Shown here in pieces: positions 12,832-24,895 of a stretch of 64,000 nt of DNA. The first letter of the stretch is position 1, and each line of letters starts with the position of its first letter. The position numbers and the translations under genes are program-made. Source of the stretch: Centroscyllium fabricii. Its lineage: Eukaryota. The stretch lies in NCBI GenBank assembly GCA_051313645.2, contig JBNRSN020000012.1, forward strand, positions 79,794,001 through 79,858,000. The letters are read 5' to 3'. The notes beneath the pieces were generated by a model, which was not told the origin of the DNA, did no database searches, and saw nothing but the letters and a program-made list of their open reading frames with translations.

Positions 12832-13734
12832 GGGCCCTGTTTTCCTGTGCTCCAGAAGAGCTGCACCCCCACGAAGGGGGGTCAGAAATGCCTCGTGGGG
12901 GTGCAGCTCGGGTGATTACCAGAAACGTGAATTTCCTGTGCTGATGGGCAAGGGGCTTCAGCTTCCTACCCAGGAAGACTTTGAGCTGCCAATTTCCTGT
13001 GGCAGCTGATCAAAATGCATGTGTATCACGTGGGCAAGTCTCTCTTCAGCTGCACATTTAAAAAGCAGTCTTAGAGGGCTGCAGGCAGCTTTGAGAAGTG
13101 AAAAAAACACGTTTAAAGGTAAGGTTTTTTTTGATTCCTTTGCAGATATTTGTCTGTGGTCTTTCAGCTTTTGAATGGTAGGGTTTTTTTATTTTTTGGT
13201 GAAAGTGAAAAAAAAACGGGTTTTGAATGCGATGTCAGCAGCTCTGATGGCCATCACAGCTGCTTAATTCGCGTTAAAAACCCGTTTTTTTTTCACTTTC
13301 ACCAAAAAATAAAAAAACCCTACCATTCAAAAGCTGAAAGACCACAAACAAATATCTGCAAAGGAATCAAAAAAAAACTTACTGTTAAACGTGTTTTTTT
13401 CACTTCCAGCAAAAAAAAAACCCTAACAGCAGAAAAGGCAGAAACTTAAAAAAACAGCTTCCTAGAAACTTAAAAAAAACAAAAAAAAGGTGCTTCCTAC
13501 CCGATATTCTTTGTCCCGAGGCCGATTCTGTGCTTTGTGCGGGGGGGGGAAGCCGACCTCAGTGGGCGTGGCTTGCTCCTCGCACCAAAAAAAACCAGAC
13601 CCCTACGCTGGAAAAAAAACGGCATTTTCCACAGGAAATTGCCGTCAGAAAAAAAAAAAAAATTACGTGCGCGTGCGCCGCGGGTGCAAGTGAGCGCGCA
13701 CCCGCAGCAATCGGGCCACAGGAAAACAGGGCCC
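12832..13734. mobile_element. Nested MITE with 18-bp TIRs and an internal long palindrome
   Basis: GGGCCCTGTTTTCCTGTG 12832-12849 and CACAGGAAAACAGGGCCC 13717-13734; flanks ATT/AAT; absent from the sister copies near 11050 and 43245. Confidence 0.85.
13095..13406. repeat. About 312-bp near-perfect spacer-less palindrome
   Basis: Arms are reverse complements around TGATGG|CCATCA (centre 13250/13251). Confidence 0.93.
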
Positions 13735-14463
13735 AATAAAGATGCCAATTAAGGGCCCTTAACGAGGTGATAACCCATCCCTGCCAGTCAGCGGCGGGAA
13801 GGTTTTGGGGCGGGGAATCTGGGCGGGCAAAAATGAGAAAGCGGCGGGGATACGGCGGGGGGTGGGGGCGGGACAAGCCGGTTCCGCTATTTTGCCGGCC
13901 GGGCCGCCGAAAACCCCGCCTCACGGGGAGATGAAAATCCCCCCCTCCAGACAACAGAGAGTAATACCTCCCTTGGCCAATGACTTTCCCTTCCCCCTGC
14001 CCTGGGAAAGAACTCGTGCCCATTTCTCCTACCACATTGAGCCGAAAACCTACACTCTGTCCCCCAGCCCCCCTGCTCTAAAGAAAACCAGCACTGTCCC
14101 CCACCCTACATAGAGATGGAAATTGGCCCTGGACCAGTACAACAACTCCACCCCCATTGTGAGGAAAACTAACTCTGGTCCACTGCACCCTCCCTCACTG
14201 GGAAGAAAGTCAGCACTATTCTAGGGTCACCCGCTACTTCCCCATCCCTTGTTGTACCCTCTGCTCCATGCCCTGTCCCAATCATCTTTCCCCTCCCCCT
14301 TTCCCCTCTCCTCCTCTGCCCATCATCCCTATCTTTACCCTCCTGCCCCACTGTGAAGGATGATTTATTGCGCCCTCTTCCAATTAAGAAGAAAATGAGC
14401 CGTGTCTCAGTGCCACCCACCCGATATTGCCCCAACTCTTCTTCCTTCCCTATCACCCTTCTT

Positions 14464-14566
14464 ACATAAGACTTACATAAGAAGTAGGAGCAGGAGTAGG
14501 CCATACGGCCACTTGGGCCTGCTCCGCCATTCAATAGGATTATGGCTGATCCGAACTTAGACTCAC
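14464..14566 (-). mobile_element. CR1/HER1-type 3' tail fragment
   Basis: 'acataagaagtaggagcaggagtaggcc...gctccgccattcaataggattatggctgatc' matches the CR1 tails elsewhere in the window. Confidence 0.75.
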
Positions 14567-14775
14567 TAAGAGTTATCACTCTTCCCCGTCTCCTGCTCCC
14601 CATCCACTTGCCTCATCCAACTCTCCATCTACCTCCCCCATCCTCCTCTTAACCTGCTCCCCCATCCTCCTCTTACCCTGCTCCCCCATCCTCCTGCCTC
14701 CTATGCCTGGGTCCAGTTATTGCCCCATCTTCTAACCCTGTTTGGCCCCAATACGAACACTAATCTAAACTCCAT

Positions 14776-15433
14776 GGGGGCTAAATTGGCGCCTTAGCGC
14801 CCCTATCGGGCGCCACAGAATTAGCGCTGGAAATAGCGTTGAGCGCTAAATTCAGCTGAGCGCGAAGTTGGGCGCTAACTGTTAGCGCCCCAACCAATTT
14901 AGCACTCAGCTGGACGTCGGGAATGACGTCATCAGGCTGTGCAGCACCCACGGCTGAAATTGGGCAGTGCCCGCCGATTTGTCCTCGGGCGCTGCCCGCG
15001 CCAGCTTTCCCCGGCCGAAATGGCAGCGCTTCAGCGCTGCTTAAAGGGAAGTGCGGCGGTCGGCCATTTTAATTGCTGGCCGACCGCCAGCACATTCCCC
15101 CTCGGCCTCCCCCGCTGCTTCCCCGAGTGCCGGGCTTGTTCTCCGCCTCCCGGTCCCTCGGCGGCCCTGCGGGGCTCTGGCCGCAGCCGCGCTAGGCCCC
15201 TCCCCTTTAATGGGGGAGGAAGGCCTGCCGTTCCGCAGGCCACCGCTGTGGCCTCACTCACGCAACGCTTCGCCAACGGCCCGGTATTCGGCCGCCCAAT
15301 TCAAAGTCCATCCCTCATAATAGCTGATGCGGGCCAATTTCGGCATTTTTAGCGCCAGCTCAATGCTGGCGCTAAAAATAGCGCATCGCCCGGATCAGCA
15401 CCACAAAGTGTGGGCTGACCAATTTCTTCCCCC
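14776..15433. mobile_element. CpG-rich MITE, probably Harbinger-like
   Basis: Imperfect TIRs GGGGGCTAAATTGG and CCAATTTCTTCCCCC; repeated TAGCGC/GCGCTA subterminal motifs; TSD unclear. Confidence 0.55.
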
Positions 15434-15481
15434 ATGTGTGCAATGCTACAGAATATATATATATATATATAAATAATATGC

Positions 15482-15760
15482 TGTAGAGGCATGCAGGGCC
15501 GAAGGACCACACTGGACACAGAGGATTCGGAAAGTTATCATTTAATGTAGTTACAGCTAGGGCCAGGTGGAAAAGAGAGTGAGCCACCTGGAGCCCAGGT
15601 ATTTAAAGGTCCCGCGGTAGGTGACGTCACTGCCGGTTGACCACCTGGTGACGTCATCACGTCGGGGATCGCGGCGACGTCAGCACGCCGCCCGGCGGGC
15701 GGGGCCATCTTGCAGCACTCCCGAGGCGGATTCGATGTTGCAGGTGGGCGTGTCGCCACA
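15482..15760 (-). repeat. 3' LTR (279 bp)
   Basis: Differs from 20028-20307 by 4 transitions and 1 indel; contains a GC box, two TGACGTCA, and TTTAAATA and ATTAAA on the minus strand. Confidence 0.95.
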
Positions 15761-15910
15761 CAGCTCTCCCGCAGAATCCATGAGGGAGAGTGGGGCTGGA
15801 CCTAGAGGAGAGGGAGACATAAAGGAGAGCAAACACACATTTTCGATTATCACACAGAATGTCCGGCAGTTTGCCGAGGTGGCCTGATATTGTGGCCCGC
15901 ACGTGTCATC

Positions 15911-18900
15911 TCAGGCGAGGCGCTGAGGTGGCCTGATGATGCGGCCAGCACGTGTCGTGCGCTGCTCCTTGTTCTGCGTAGGAGTGTGGGCGGGGTTTGG
16001 TGCGGTAGGGCGTCCGCGCTTTGGTGGCTGTGCGGGGACTGTTGTCTCGCCCGCCATTACGTGTGCTGGTTTGAGCCGGTCAATGGAGACGGTCTCGGCT
16101 CTGTTGCCCATTTTAATGTCAAAAGTTTTGGGTCCCGCCCGAAGCACTCTGAATGGTCCGTCGTACGGTGGTTGTAGTGGTGTTCGATGTGCATCATGGC
16201 GGACAAACACATACTTGGCATCTTGGATGCTGTCTGGAACACGTGCTGCCGGCTGTCCGTGCCGGGCCACCAGAAGTGGTTTGAAAGCGGCTGCCTGGTT
16301 ATTAAAGTCTCGGAGGCAGCGCTCGGCTGACCAGGGTTCGTTAGTTTCTGCCACGAACTCGCCCGGTACAGTTAGTGGTTGGCCATAGACCAGTTCGGCT
16401 GCTGAGGCGTGTAGGTCTTCCTTGGCCGCTGAGCGGAGGCCGAGCATTACCCAGGGCAGGCGGTCGGTCCAGGTTGCATCTTGGAGGCTGGCCCACAGGG
16501 AAGCCTTGAAAGATCGGTGGAACCGTTCGCAGAGGCCGTTGGCCTGTGGGTGGTAGACGGTGGTTCGGTGCAGGGTTGCCCCGAGGTCGTGGGCGATGGT
16601 TGACCATAGGGTTGAGGTGAATTGGGGGCCCCTGTCTGAAGTGATGTCGGTGGGGACGCCAAAACGGGCGACCCAGGTGGCAATAAATGCCCTGGCCAGG
16701 TCGGCGGTGGTGGTAGCGGTGAGGGGAACCGCTTCCGGCCAGCAGGTGGTGCGGTTGACCATGGTTAAAATGTATGAATGTCCACGTGATGGCGGTAGTG
16801 GTCCGACCAGGTCGACGTGAACGTGGCTGAAGCGTCTAGCTGGGATGGCGATGGGTTCGAGCGGTGCCTTGATGTGGTTGTGCACCTTGGCACGCTGGCA
16901 GGCATTGCAGGCGTTGGTCCAGGCGCGGACATCTTTGCGTAGGCCGCGCCAAACGAATCGCGCAGAGATGAGCTTGGTGGATGCGCGGACACCGGGGTGG
17001 GACAGGCCATGGAGGGTCTGGAAGATGTGTCGCCTCCATGTGTGGGGGACGACGGGTCTGGGTTGTGGGAGGGTAACGTCGCAGCGGACCTCTGTGGCTG
17101 TGGGCTCGTGTGCTACGGTGGCCAGGAGCAGGCCGGGGAGTTTGGTGGCAGGGTCGAGCAGATCGGGGTCGGTCAGTTGGTCGGCCGCCATTTTATTATA
17201 GTCGACAGCCGTTTGGACGGAGTTGATGGTTGGGCGTGAGAGGCAGTGCGCGCAGACGTGGTCGGTGGCGGGTGGCGGGGGGCAGTCGGCGACCACGTTG
17301 TCGATGGCGGGGCGTGGGGGATGGTCGGAGGCTGGTTTGCCGGTAGGGGGGTTTGAGGGGCGGTCAGAGGCCACGTTGTCGATGGCGGGGCGTGGGGGAT
17401 GGTCGGGGGCTGGCTTGCCGATGGTGGGGCGTGGGGGATGGTTGGGGGCTGGTTTGCCGATGGTGGGGCGTGAGAGGCAGTCAGCGACCACGTTGTCGCG
17501 GCCGGCAATGTGCTGGATGTCGGTCGTAAATTCCGACACGGCCGCGAGCTGGCGCTGCTGCCTGGCCGACCAGGGTTCGGAGATCTTAGCCATTGCGGAG
17601 ACCAGTGGCTTGTGATCCACGAAGGCTGTGAAGTGGCGGCCCTCCAGGAGGAAGCGAAAGTGGCGCACCGCGAGGTAGAGAGCGAGTAGCTCCCTATCGA
17701 AGGCGCTGTACTTGACCTCCGGGGGCCGGAGTTGTCGGCTGAAAAAGGCCAGGGGCTGCCAGGAGTCGCCTGTCCACTGCTCAAAGACTGCTCCGACAGC
17801 ATGGTCGGAGGCGTCGGTGGGGAGGGCTACTCTGGCGTTGGGCCTAGGGTGGCTGAGGAGCATGGCATTGGCTGTTTTGGTTGCGGTGAAGGCGGTGGCG
17901 GCTTTGGCCGTACACTCGACCGCGGGTGGCCTGATAGAGGGGGGCCATGAGAGCGGCTGCTCCTGGGATGAAACGATTGTAAAAGTTAACCATCCCGAGG
18001 AATTCCTGCAGCCCCTTGATGGAGTGCGGGCGAGGGAATTCCTGGACCGCCTGCACCTTGGAGGGCAGGGGTATGGCCCCGGTCTGGGAGATGTGGTGGC
18101 CGAGGAAGTCGATAGCCTCGAGGCCGAATCGACACTTGGAGGGGCTTAGTATAAGGCCGTGTTCGGCCAGATGGTTGAAAAGGGCCCTGAGGTGGGTGAG
18201 GTGTTCCTGGGGGGAGGCGCTGGCCATGAGGATGTCGTCGAGCTAGACGAAGGTGAACTGCAAGTCCCGCAGGACTGAGTCCATGAGGCGCTGAAAGGCC
18301 TGGGCCGCGTTTTTGAGTCCGAAGGGCATTCGGAGGAATTCGAACAGGCCAAAGGGGGTAATGACGGCTGTCTTAGGGATGTCCGCCGGGTGCACTGGTA
18401 CCTGGTGGTAGCCCCGTACCAGGTCGATCTTTGAGAAGACCGTGCAGCCGGCTAGCCTTGCGGAAAAATCTTGGATGTGGGGAACGGGGTACCTGTCTGG
18501 GGTGGTGGCGTTGTTAAGGCGGCGGTAGTCTCCGCAGGGGCGCCAGCCGCCGTCGGGTTTGGGGGCGATGTGGAGGGGGGAGGCCCAGGGGCTGCTGGAG
18601 CGGCGGATTATGCCGAGTTGTTCCATGATGTGGAACTCGGCGCGCGCGATCTCCAGTTTGGCCGGGTCCAGCCTGCGTGCGTGGGCATGGACTGGGGGGC
18701 CTGTGGTGGTGATGTGGTGCTCTACGCCGTGCTTGGCGGAGTGGGCTGTGAAGGTGGGGTTGGTTAGGGCCGGGAACTCCGCGAGCAGCGTGGCGTACGT
18801 GTCGGAGTTCCGGGCTCGGCAGTGTGCCGCTGCGTGGGTCTGGTGTGCCGGCCTTGTGGAGCACGGGATGGTCGACATGAGGTGGATGTCGACCAGGCGG

Positions 18901-19931
18901 CGCCGGGTAACATCTACCAGGAGGCCGTGGGCGCACAGAAAGTCGGCCCGGAGTAGGGGTATTTTAACTTGCGCGGTGATGAAGTCCCACGTGTACCTGT
19001 GGCCTGCCAGCTTGATGGTAAGCTGGCGGGTGCCGAACGTGAGTATCTCGGAGCCGTTTGCGGCTTCGAGTGGCGGGCCTTGGGTGCCTTGCTTGGCTTC
19101 TGCGGGGGAGGCTGGCACGATGCTGTGCTGCGCGCCTGTGTCGCAGAGGAAGCGGAGGCCAGAGACACTGTCTGTAACGAAGAGCAGTGCTCCGGAGCGG
19201 CCGACGGACATGGTGGGGCCAGGGCTGGTTTGGGGTTTGAAGGTGCAGGGCTGGACGCAGCGCTGCGCTTTGGCCTCAAACCTGGTGTGGTAGTAGCACC
19301 AGCCTGGGCCCGTGGTGCGCGGTTTTTTGTGTGTCCGCACAGCTCTGGCTTGGGGCCTGGGTTGCGTGTAGTGCTGCTCTGGTGGGGCGGCAGCGTTACG
19401 GTGCATGGTGGCGCGAGTGCGCTCGGCCTTAATGAGCTTGTCTGCCTCCTGCGCTAGCTGCCTGTTTGAGAGGTGCTCCAAGACGGTCAGAGTCGGTCTG
19501 ATGGAGGGGGGCAGCTTAAGGAGGAACAGGGCGCGCTTGAGAGTGGCCGGGTCGCGGTTGAGCGCTTCGAACTGGGCCCACAAGTCGGTGGGGTCTGCGT
19601 CTCCCAGGTCGGGGAGGTTAATGACCTGGCAATCGCGCTCAAAAATGGTTGGGGTGAATTTTTCGAGCAGCGCGGCCTTTAGCGATTCATAACTGCCAGC
19701 AGTAGATTCTTGCTCGATGGTGTCCCACATTCTGTCGATGGTGGACTGTGCAAGGGCTGCGAAGAGCAGGCTGTAGCGGTCGTCTCCCTGTACGCCATAG
19801 ATGCGGAAGGTGTTCTCAGTGTTGAGGAACCAGGCCGCTGGACGGAGCTCCCAGAACTGCGGTAGGGTTGGGATTTGGCTGCAGTGTTGGCCCCGTCTGT
19901 GGTGGCGTGCTGGGTCGATCCCTGCTGGCAT
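15911..19931 (-). pseudogene. gag-pol polyprotein with a nonsense codon in the RT YLDD motif and a frameshift/deletion near 17900
   Basis: Gag (PQFW..RPAAWF, CYYH..C..C), protease LCDTGA, RT ([25 protein letters not shown] with TAG at 18245-18243), RNase H (TDASD, DRELLA, DHKPL), integrase (H..HPG..C..C, HVDLVGP, SDRG, ERFHR, PYDGPF). Confidence 0.95.
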
Positions 19932-20013
19932 GGTGATTGCGATTCCACTGAGGCAGCTTGGCCCTCAGTCCTGCAGCGACTGCTTCATTGTTCCCTTGAG
20001 AATCGTCCCAAGT

Positions 20014-20026
20014 ATCGAGGTCACCA
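20014..20026 (-). other. Primer-binding site complementary to the tRNA-Trp 3' end
   Basis: TGGTGACCTCGAT lies 1 nt inside the 5' LTR; the vertebrate tRNA-Trp complement is TGGTGACCCCGAC, so two G-U wobbles are needed. Confidence 0.8.
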
Positions 20027-20027
20027 C

Positions 20028-20307
20028 TGTAGAGGCATGCAGGGCCGAAGGACCACACTGGACACAGAGGATTCGGAAAGTTATCATTTAATGTAGTTAC
20101 AGCTAGGGCCAGGTGGAAAAGAGAGTGAGCCACCTGGAGCCCAGGTATTTAAAGGTCCCGCCGGTAGGTGACGTCACTGCCGGTTGACCACCTGGTGACG
20201 TCATCACGTCGGAGATCGCGGCAACGTCAGCACGCCGCCCGGCGGGCGGGGCCGTCTTGCAGCGCTCCCGAGGCGGATTCGATGTTGCAGGTGGGCGTGT
20301 CGCCACA
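20028..20307 (-). repeat. 5' LTR (280 bp)
   Basis: Direct repeat of 15482-15760, adjacent to the PBS, followed by TSD ATGC. Confidence 0.95.
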
Positions 20308-21557
20308 ATGCATACATATACATCGACCTGTCGCATCTGCACAGTAGCCACATAATCCAATGTTAGCTCTGAAAAAGCAGCTGGCTCCATCTATTACATT
20401 TGAGAGTAATGCCTGGATTCTCTAATTATATGACTACTGAATTCTGTTTCTAATGCACCCATCTTAATTGTTTGCAGTAATTAATTTCTTTTGCAGTTGG
20501 TAAACAAATTCATCAGCCTCTGTGGGTGATCAATGTTATGTTCAGTCAAGCAGCAACTCAGTCAATATTTTATCAATGCGCATTCAGGCAGAAAGTTATC
20601 TATCAAGACAACAAGGGGCATAAATCTGCTTTCCTAAAGAGTATGCTAGTTCTGCATAATCAGGGTAGTGGGAGGTCCAAGGCGTCCACAGGACAGTAAA
20701 ATCAATATTCAGCTACAATGGAAATATGGGATACCTCGTCTGATGCAATTAAGTGTATTCCACCACTGGGACAGGATGATATATGACTGAGGCCAGATGT
20801 TGACAACATAAGGGTTTATAGTGGCCACCTAACAAAATATCAGGTGATATTATACTCCAACTATATTTATCATAGGCAATTCCTTCAAGATAAAAAGGTC
20901 AAATTTACATAAAAAGAAAATTAATGTTTTAAATAAAACGGCAGGGCAGTAACTAGGGCAACCTTACATGCAGGAAATCATTTACAGTGCAGGCTTAGTG
21001 CTGCATATAAAGTGTCTGCCTCCAACTGTATACATCACCTGGCCTTTTGTTGTACACACTATTGAATGAGAAAGAACAATGACTATTAATAAAGATCAAT
21101 GAAAGCTCTCGTTTGTGCTCGGATGAAAGAACTAGATCTATTGACTATTGTCAAATCACACCTTACAAACTGTGAAATGAACTTTCAACTGTTGAATCAC
21201 CATCAACAACCAGTAATTTCTATTATTTATTAGCCTTGTATACCTTGGTTACAAAAACAAAAGCTGTATCACAGACATTTCATTATGACTTTCTATATAA
21301 TCGAAGCCTAGGTACATTTAAAAAGCGGTACTTCTTTTTAAATGTAATTTATATCATGCAGCAGTGAAAAAACTGTGTCAAGAAAGCATGTGATTTATAT
21401 TTGGATGCCTCACCTGCATGAACTGGTTCATAATTTAGCAAAATAGCTGAATATTAAGGATTTAATATTCTAGAGTCATAAATGCCCTTTGTGTGGTAAA
21501 AAGAATAAAACAACAAACAAATCCGGTGATGTTGTAAAATAAATCGATTTGCAAGTT

Positions 21558-21894
21558 CAGGTTGAGCGGCACCCTCGGGACCAGGTCGGTGCCGGATCAT
21601 TGAAAATTCCGAACCACTGAAGGTTCGGGGGGAGCGCGCGGTAGAACACTCCCCGGGGCCCGGAGCGCGTGGGGAGAATACTCTCCGGGAGGGAGCCCGG
21701 GGATAGAACAGTTACAAAACCTAAAAAAAACAGAAACCCAAACGCCCGACGCCTTCGGCGCTCGCTCACCCTTCGCGGGAAACGGTGGCGCCGCCGAGCG
21801 GCTGCTCCACAGAATGAAGAGCGCTGGTTTCCAATCATGCCGGACCACTGAAGCTGCCGGACCATCGGCTGCCGGATTACTGGTGCTCAAACTG
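21558..21894. mobile_element. Tc1/mariner (pogo/Tigger-like) MITE
   Basis: Ends CAGGTTGAGC and GCTCAAACTG|TA (9/10 inverted match); repeated GCCGGA(T/C) subterminal motifs; CpG-rich in AT-rich flanks. Confidence 0.55.
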
Positions 21895-23199
21895 TACTAT
21901 ATAATTCTAAACAGAAAGAACTGGTATGACAGGTGAGGCCTGATAAAGAGGATTTAAAGTTGCTTCTCCTTGGCTAGAACTGTCCCACCCTAAAGCTCTC
22001 ATAGATTTTTTCAAAGCAACACAAAAGCACTATAGAATAAATGCTGAGAAGACCAACGCTGGCAAAATGTGCCCTTTTATGTACTATACGTCACAATATA
22101 GTTTTTTTTTTAAAGGTACGGTATAATTGTCTCTCTTTCTATTAGTCTCCTTGCGCCATGCCCAATACCAGAAGGCTTCCATCTATTATTGGCCCCCAGG
22201 AGATGCACAAGATCAGCCAGAGTCACTCTCCCACAAAAGCAATCCTACCCTACCTGTAACAAAGGCTCGAACCTCCACCCTCTGCCTTCACACAACTAAG
22301 TCTTGTGCGTTTCTGCTGTCTGTCACAGTGGAGCAGATTTTTGTCTTTATCACCTGGCTGATGCGGTAATCTTTGGTGGCGGGGGGTGCGCGGATGACTG
22401 TTTATAGAACCTGCCTGGTTTTCATTTCATTGAAATCGATGGAACGAAACTCAGGTGGACTCTACACAAACACACAGGGGTAGATTTTTGTTTTGGGTCC
22501 CCACCTAGGTGGTGAAGACCAAACTCTACCCCAGTGTGTTTCAGCACCAGCATGCTGTGCCACAATCTATGTAAATAGATGACCACATGAAAAGGATTTT
22601 AAAAAGCATGCTTGACTGACCATTGCTTGTGACTGCCTGAATTTACCGAAAACTTCCAGCATGGACTGATTGGTTTCCTTATTTCATCATTTAACAAGAC
22701 ACTCTTGCAAAGATAATCTGTGGAATTAGATGTGGGTTGTGCAAATCACATCAGGGCAGGCAAAACAATCTGCCACATAGTTTGGATTTGATGTATATAC
22801 TAAAATCACCAAAGAACAATTATTTAAACAGTCACTCAAGAAGATCTTTACTTATTATTTTGCAGTGTAGAGATGTGCCAGAAATAATCTCATTAAGGTT
22901 TGTTTTATAAAATATAGATTTTTTTAATCATCCTAATGAAATAGCCTGAAAGTATGCTGCAAATCTAGAAGTTTTAGGTGGAAAACAATTACATTTGTAC
23001 TATAAGAATTTATTCCTCAACTTGATGAGATTATTCTGTGCATGCTCAGGAAGAGATTCTATTTTTTTGTTCTTTACTGGATGACTAATAAATGTCTCTT
23101 CTGCAGAAGTAAATAAAATAGTATTGATGTGCAGCACAGAAAAATATTTAGACCCTGAATTTTCTTGCCGCTGAACCTGCTCTGGCAGTTAAGGGAAAT

Positions 23200-23308
23200 C
23201 CCCGAAACGTTGACTCTGTGTTTCTCTCCACCGATGCTGCCTGAACTGCTGAGTTTTTCCAGCATTTTCTGTTGTTGTTTTGGATTTCCAGCATCTGCAG
23301 TATTTTGT
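23200..23308 (+). mobile_element. Fragment of a second Penelope-like terminal repeat family
   Basis: 'ccgaaacgttgactctg..gatgctgcctgaactgctgagtttttccagcattttctg..ttccagcatctgcagtatttt' is homologous to the fold-back at 58418-58588. Confidence 0.5.
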
Positions 23309-23509
23309 TATCACCAGCTCTGGCAGTGACTTGGCTGGAAGTCCGTCAAAAGCCCCACTTACACGAGTAGACGTGGTTTCTGGTGCACTTCCAGTGAAGT
23401 TTATGGTGGAGGAGCGGGAGCAGCTCCTAGAAAATTCCGGAGGTTACTCTTCAAACCTCACCTGGAATGTCCATTTGTGTTTTGACTCAACAGTGCTCAA
23501 TTAGGTACT

Positions 23510-23950
23510 TTTATTATAGAATGACTGTATAAAATTTTCTGATGACACCAAACTATATGAGCAGTTAACTACTCCAAGGAAGTTTGAATGTATTACAAGA
23601 ATATGGTCAATGGGATCTGGAATAATAGATTTATTTTTAATGTGAAAATAAATGTAAAGTAACACACATTGCAAGAATTATAGATACACAGTGAATGAGT
23701 TTGACTTTCCACAATTCACTGAAAGTGTCAAGGCAATGTGAAGCTGAAAAATTGCTAAGCAGATTATGGGATACATTTTAAGAACCTCTATTATAAATTA
23801 AAACAGATTTTTTTATGCCAGTATAACTGATTCTTAAGGCTAATTTTGATTATTGTGCACAATTTAAGCACCTTACTTTAAAAAGCCAATGATGCATTGC
23901 AGAAGATTTAAGAAGTAAGACTGATTTACCTTACTGGAGTTTTACTCAAT
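23510..23950 (+). mobile_element. Highly decayed CR1 RT fragment
   Basis: KFSDDTKL motif near 23530-23555 and downstream CR1-like remnants. Confidence 0.5.
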
Positions 23951-24098
23951 TATCTTTGAGAATCAGTGAAAATTTAATCCAGGTTTCTCTTCCTGGACAT
24001 TTACTTTTGTTTAGTTGCCTTCCTCAGGAGACTGAATGGATTGGGTGAAACTCATGTCAGGATGAATTTTACATGGTCTGTGGAAGCAATGGGCTTGA

Positions 24099-24367
24099 TG
24101 TAATCGTATTCCACTGTTGTGTTGCCATGACTGATTGTGGGCTGTGCTGATGTTAGGCACAGCCCTGTTTTACTGTGATCTTGTTGGGAGCCAGGTCAGC
24201 CACACCCCCGACTCCTCCCCTTGTGGGGCTCTATATAGGTGTGGTCTGACCGGGGCTCCACCCAGTTCTGTTACAGTTGTTGCCTGGAGAGTAGCTCCAT
24301 TGTTTAGTAATTAAAAGCCTTTTGTTCGGTATTAACTTGTCGCCTTTTAATTGGGTTATCGACTACA
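24099..24367 (+). mobile_element. Probable solo LTR
   Basis: TGTAATCG...CGACTACA termini (7/8 inverted), internal TATATA and ATTAAA in the expected order; no clear TSD. Confidence 0.5.
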
Positions 24368-24895
24368 CTACAGGGCTCAAAGGCCTTTTTTGATCCCTAT
24401 TTCTTATATTGTTAAAACTAGTTAGAAAAATTAATTTCCCTGCCAAAAACAATAATGTGTCTTTACTTCCTGGTAATGTTCCTTTTTTGTGGAGGGAGAT
24501 GTTCTGAATGCAAAGCTAGGCAGAAGCTTCTTAGGTTGTTGAGTCTGCATACATCAAGTACATACACATAACGGGTCTCATCCATCACTTATACAGTCCT
24601 TTCCAAACCACAGCAGTCCCAATTCCCAGTATAATCTAGGTTCCAAAAGACAGTATAACCAGTTTAAATCCTTCCCAATACAGTCTAAATCAATTTCTGA
24701 CAGATTTCCCTTCATCAGTATTTTATTACTAGTTTCTATTGAAATCATTTGTGGTAAAGCTGTAGCCAGGTTTGATAAGAAAGCCCGGAATGGGAAAAGC
24801 ATTCCTGCCCATTCATTTTATTAGACCATGAACATTCTTCCCTATCATGGCTGGAAAGAATCAAAAATACCTGAACCACTTGATAATTTTCCTAC

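Larger units (their letters stand above)
12225..13945. mobile_element. Non-autonomous Harbinger-family element with nested insertions
   Basis: Perfect 12-bp TIR GGGGGGGATTTT/AAAATCCCCCCC and 3-bp TSD TCC on both sides. Confidence 0.85.
15482..20307 (-). mobile_element. Full-length Ty3/Gypsy LTR retrotransposon, CsRn1-like clade
   Basis: TG...CA LTRs at 15482-15760 and 20028-20307; 4-bp TSD ATGC; tRNA-Trp-like PBS; PPT-like GGGAGAG before the 3' LTR; PR-RT-RH-IN order; Gag CX2HX9CX3C motif. Confidence 0.95.

Noticed and set aside
13559-14035. ORF beginning MVGEM, like QKI
   Set aside because: Five-residue coincidence; the rest runs through MITE sequence with no similarity.
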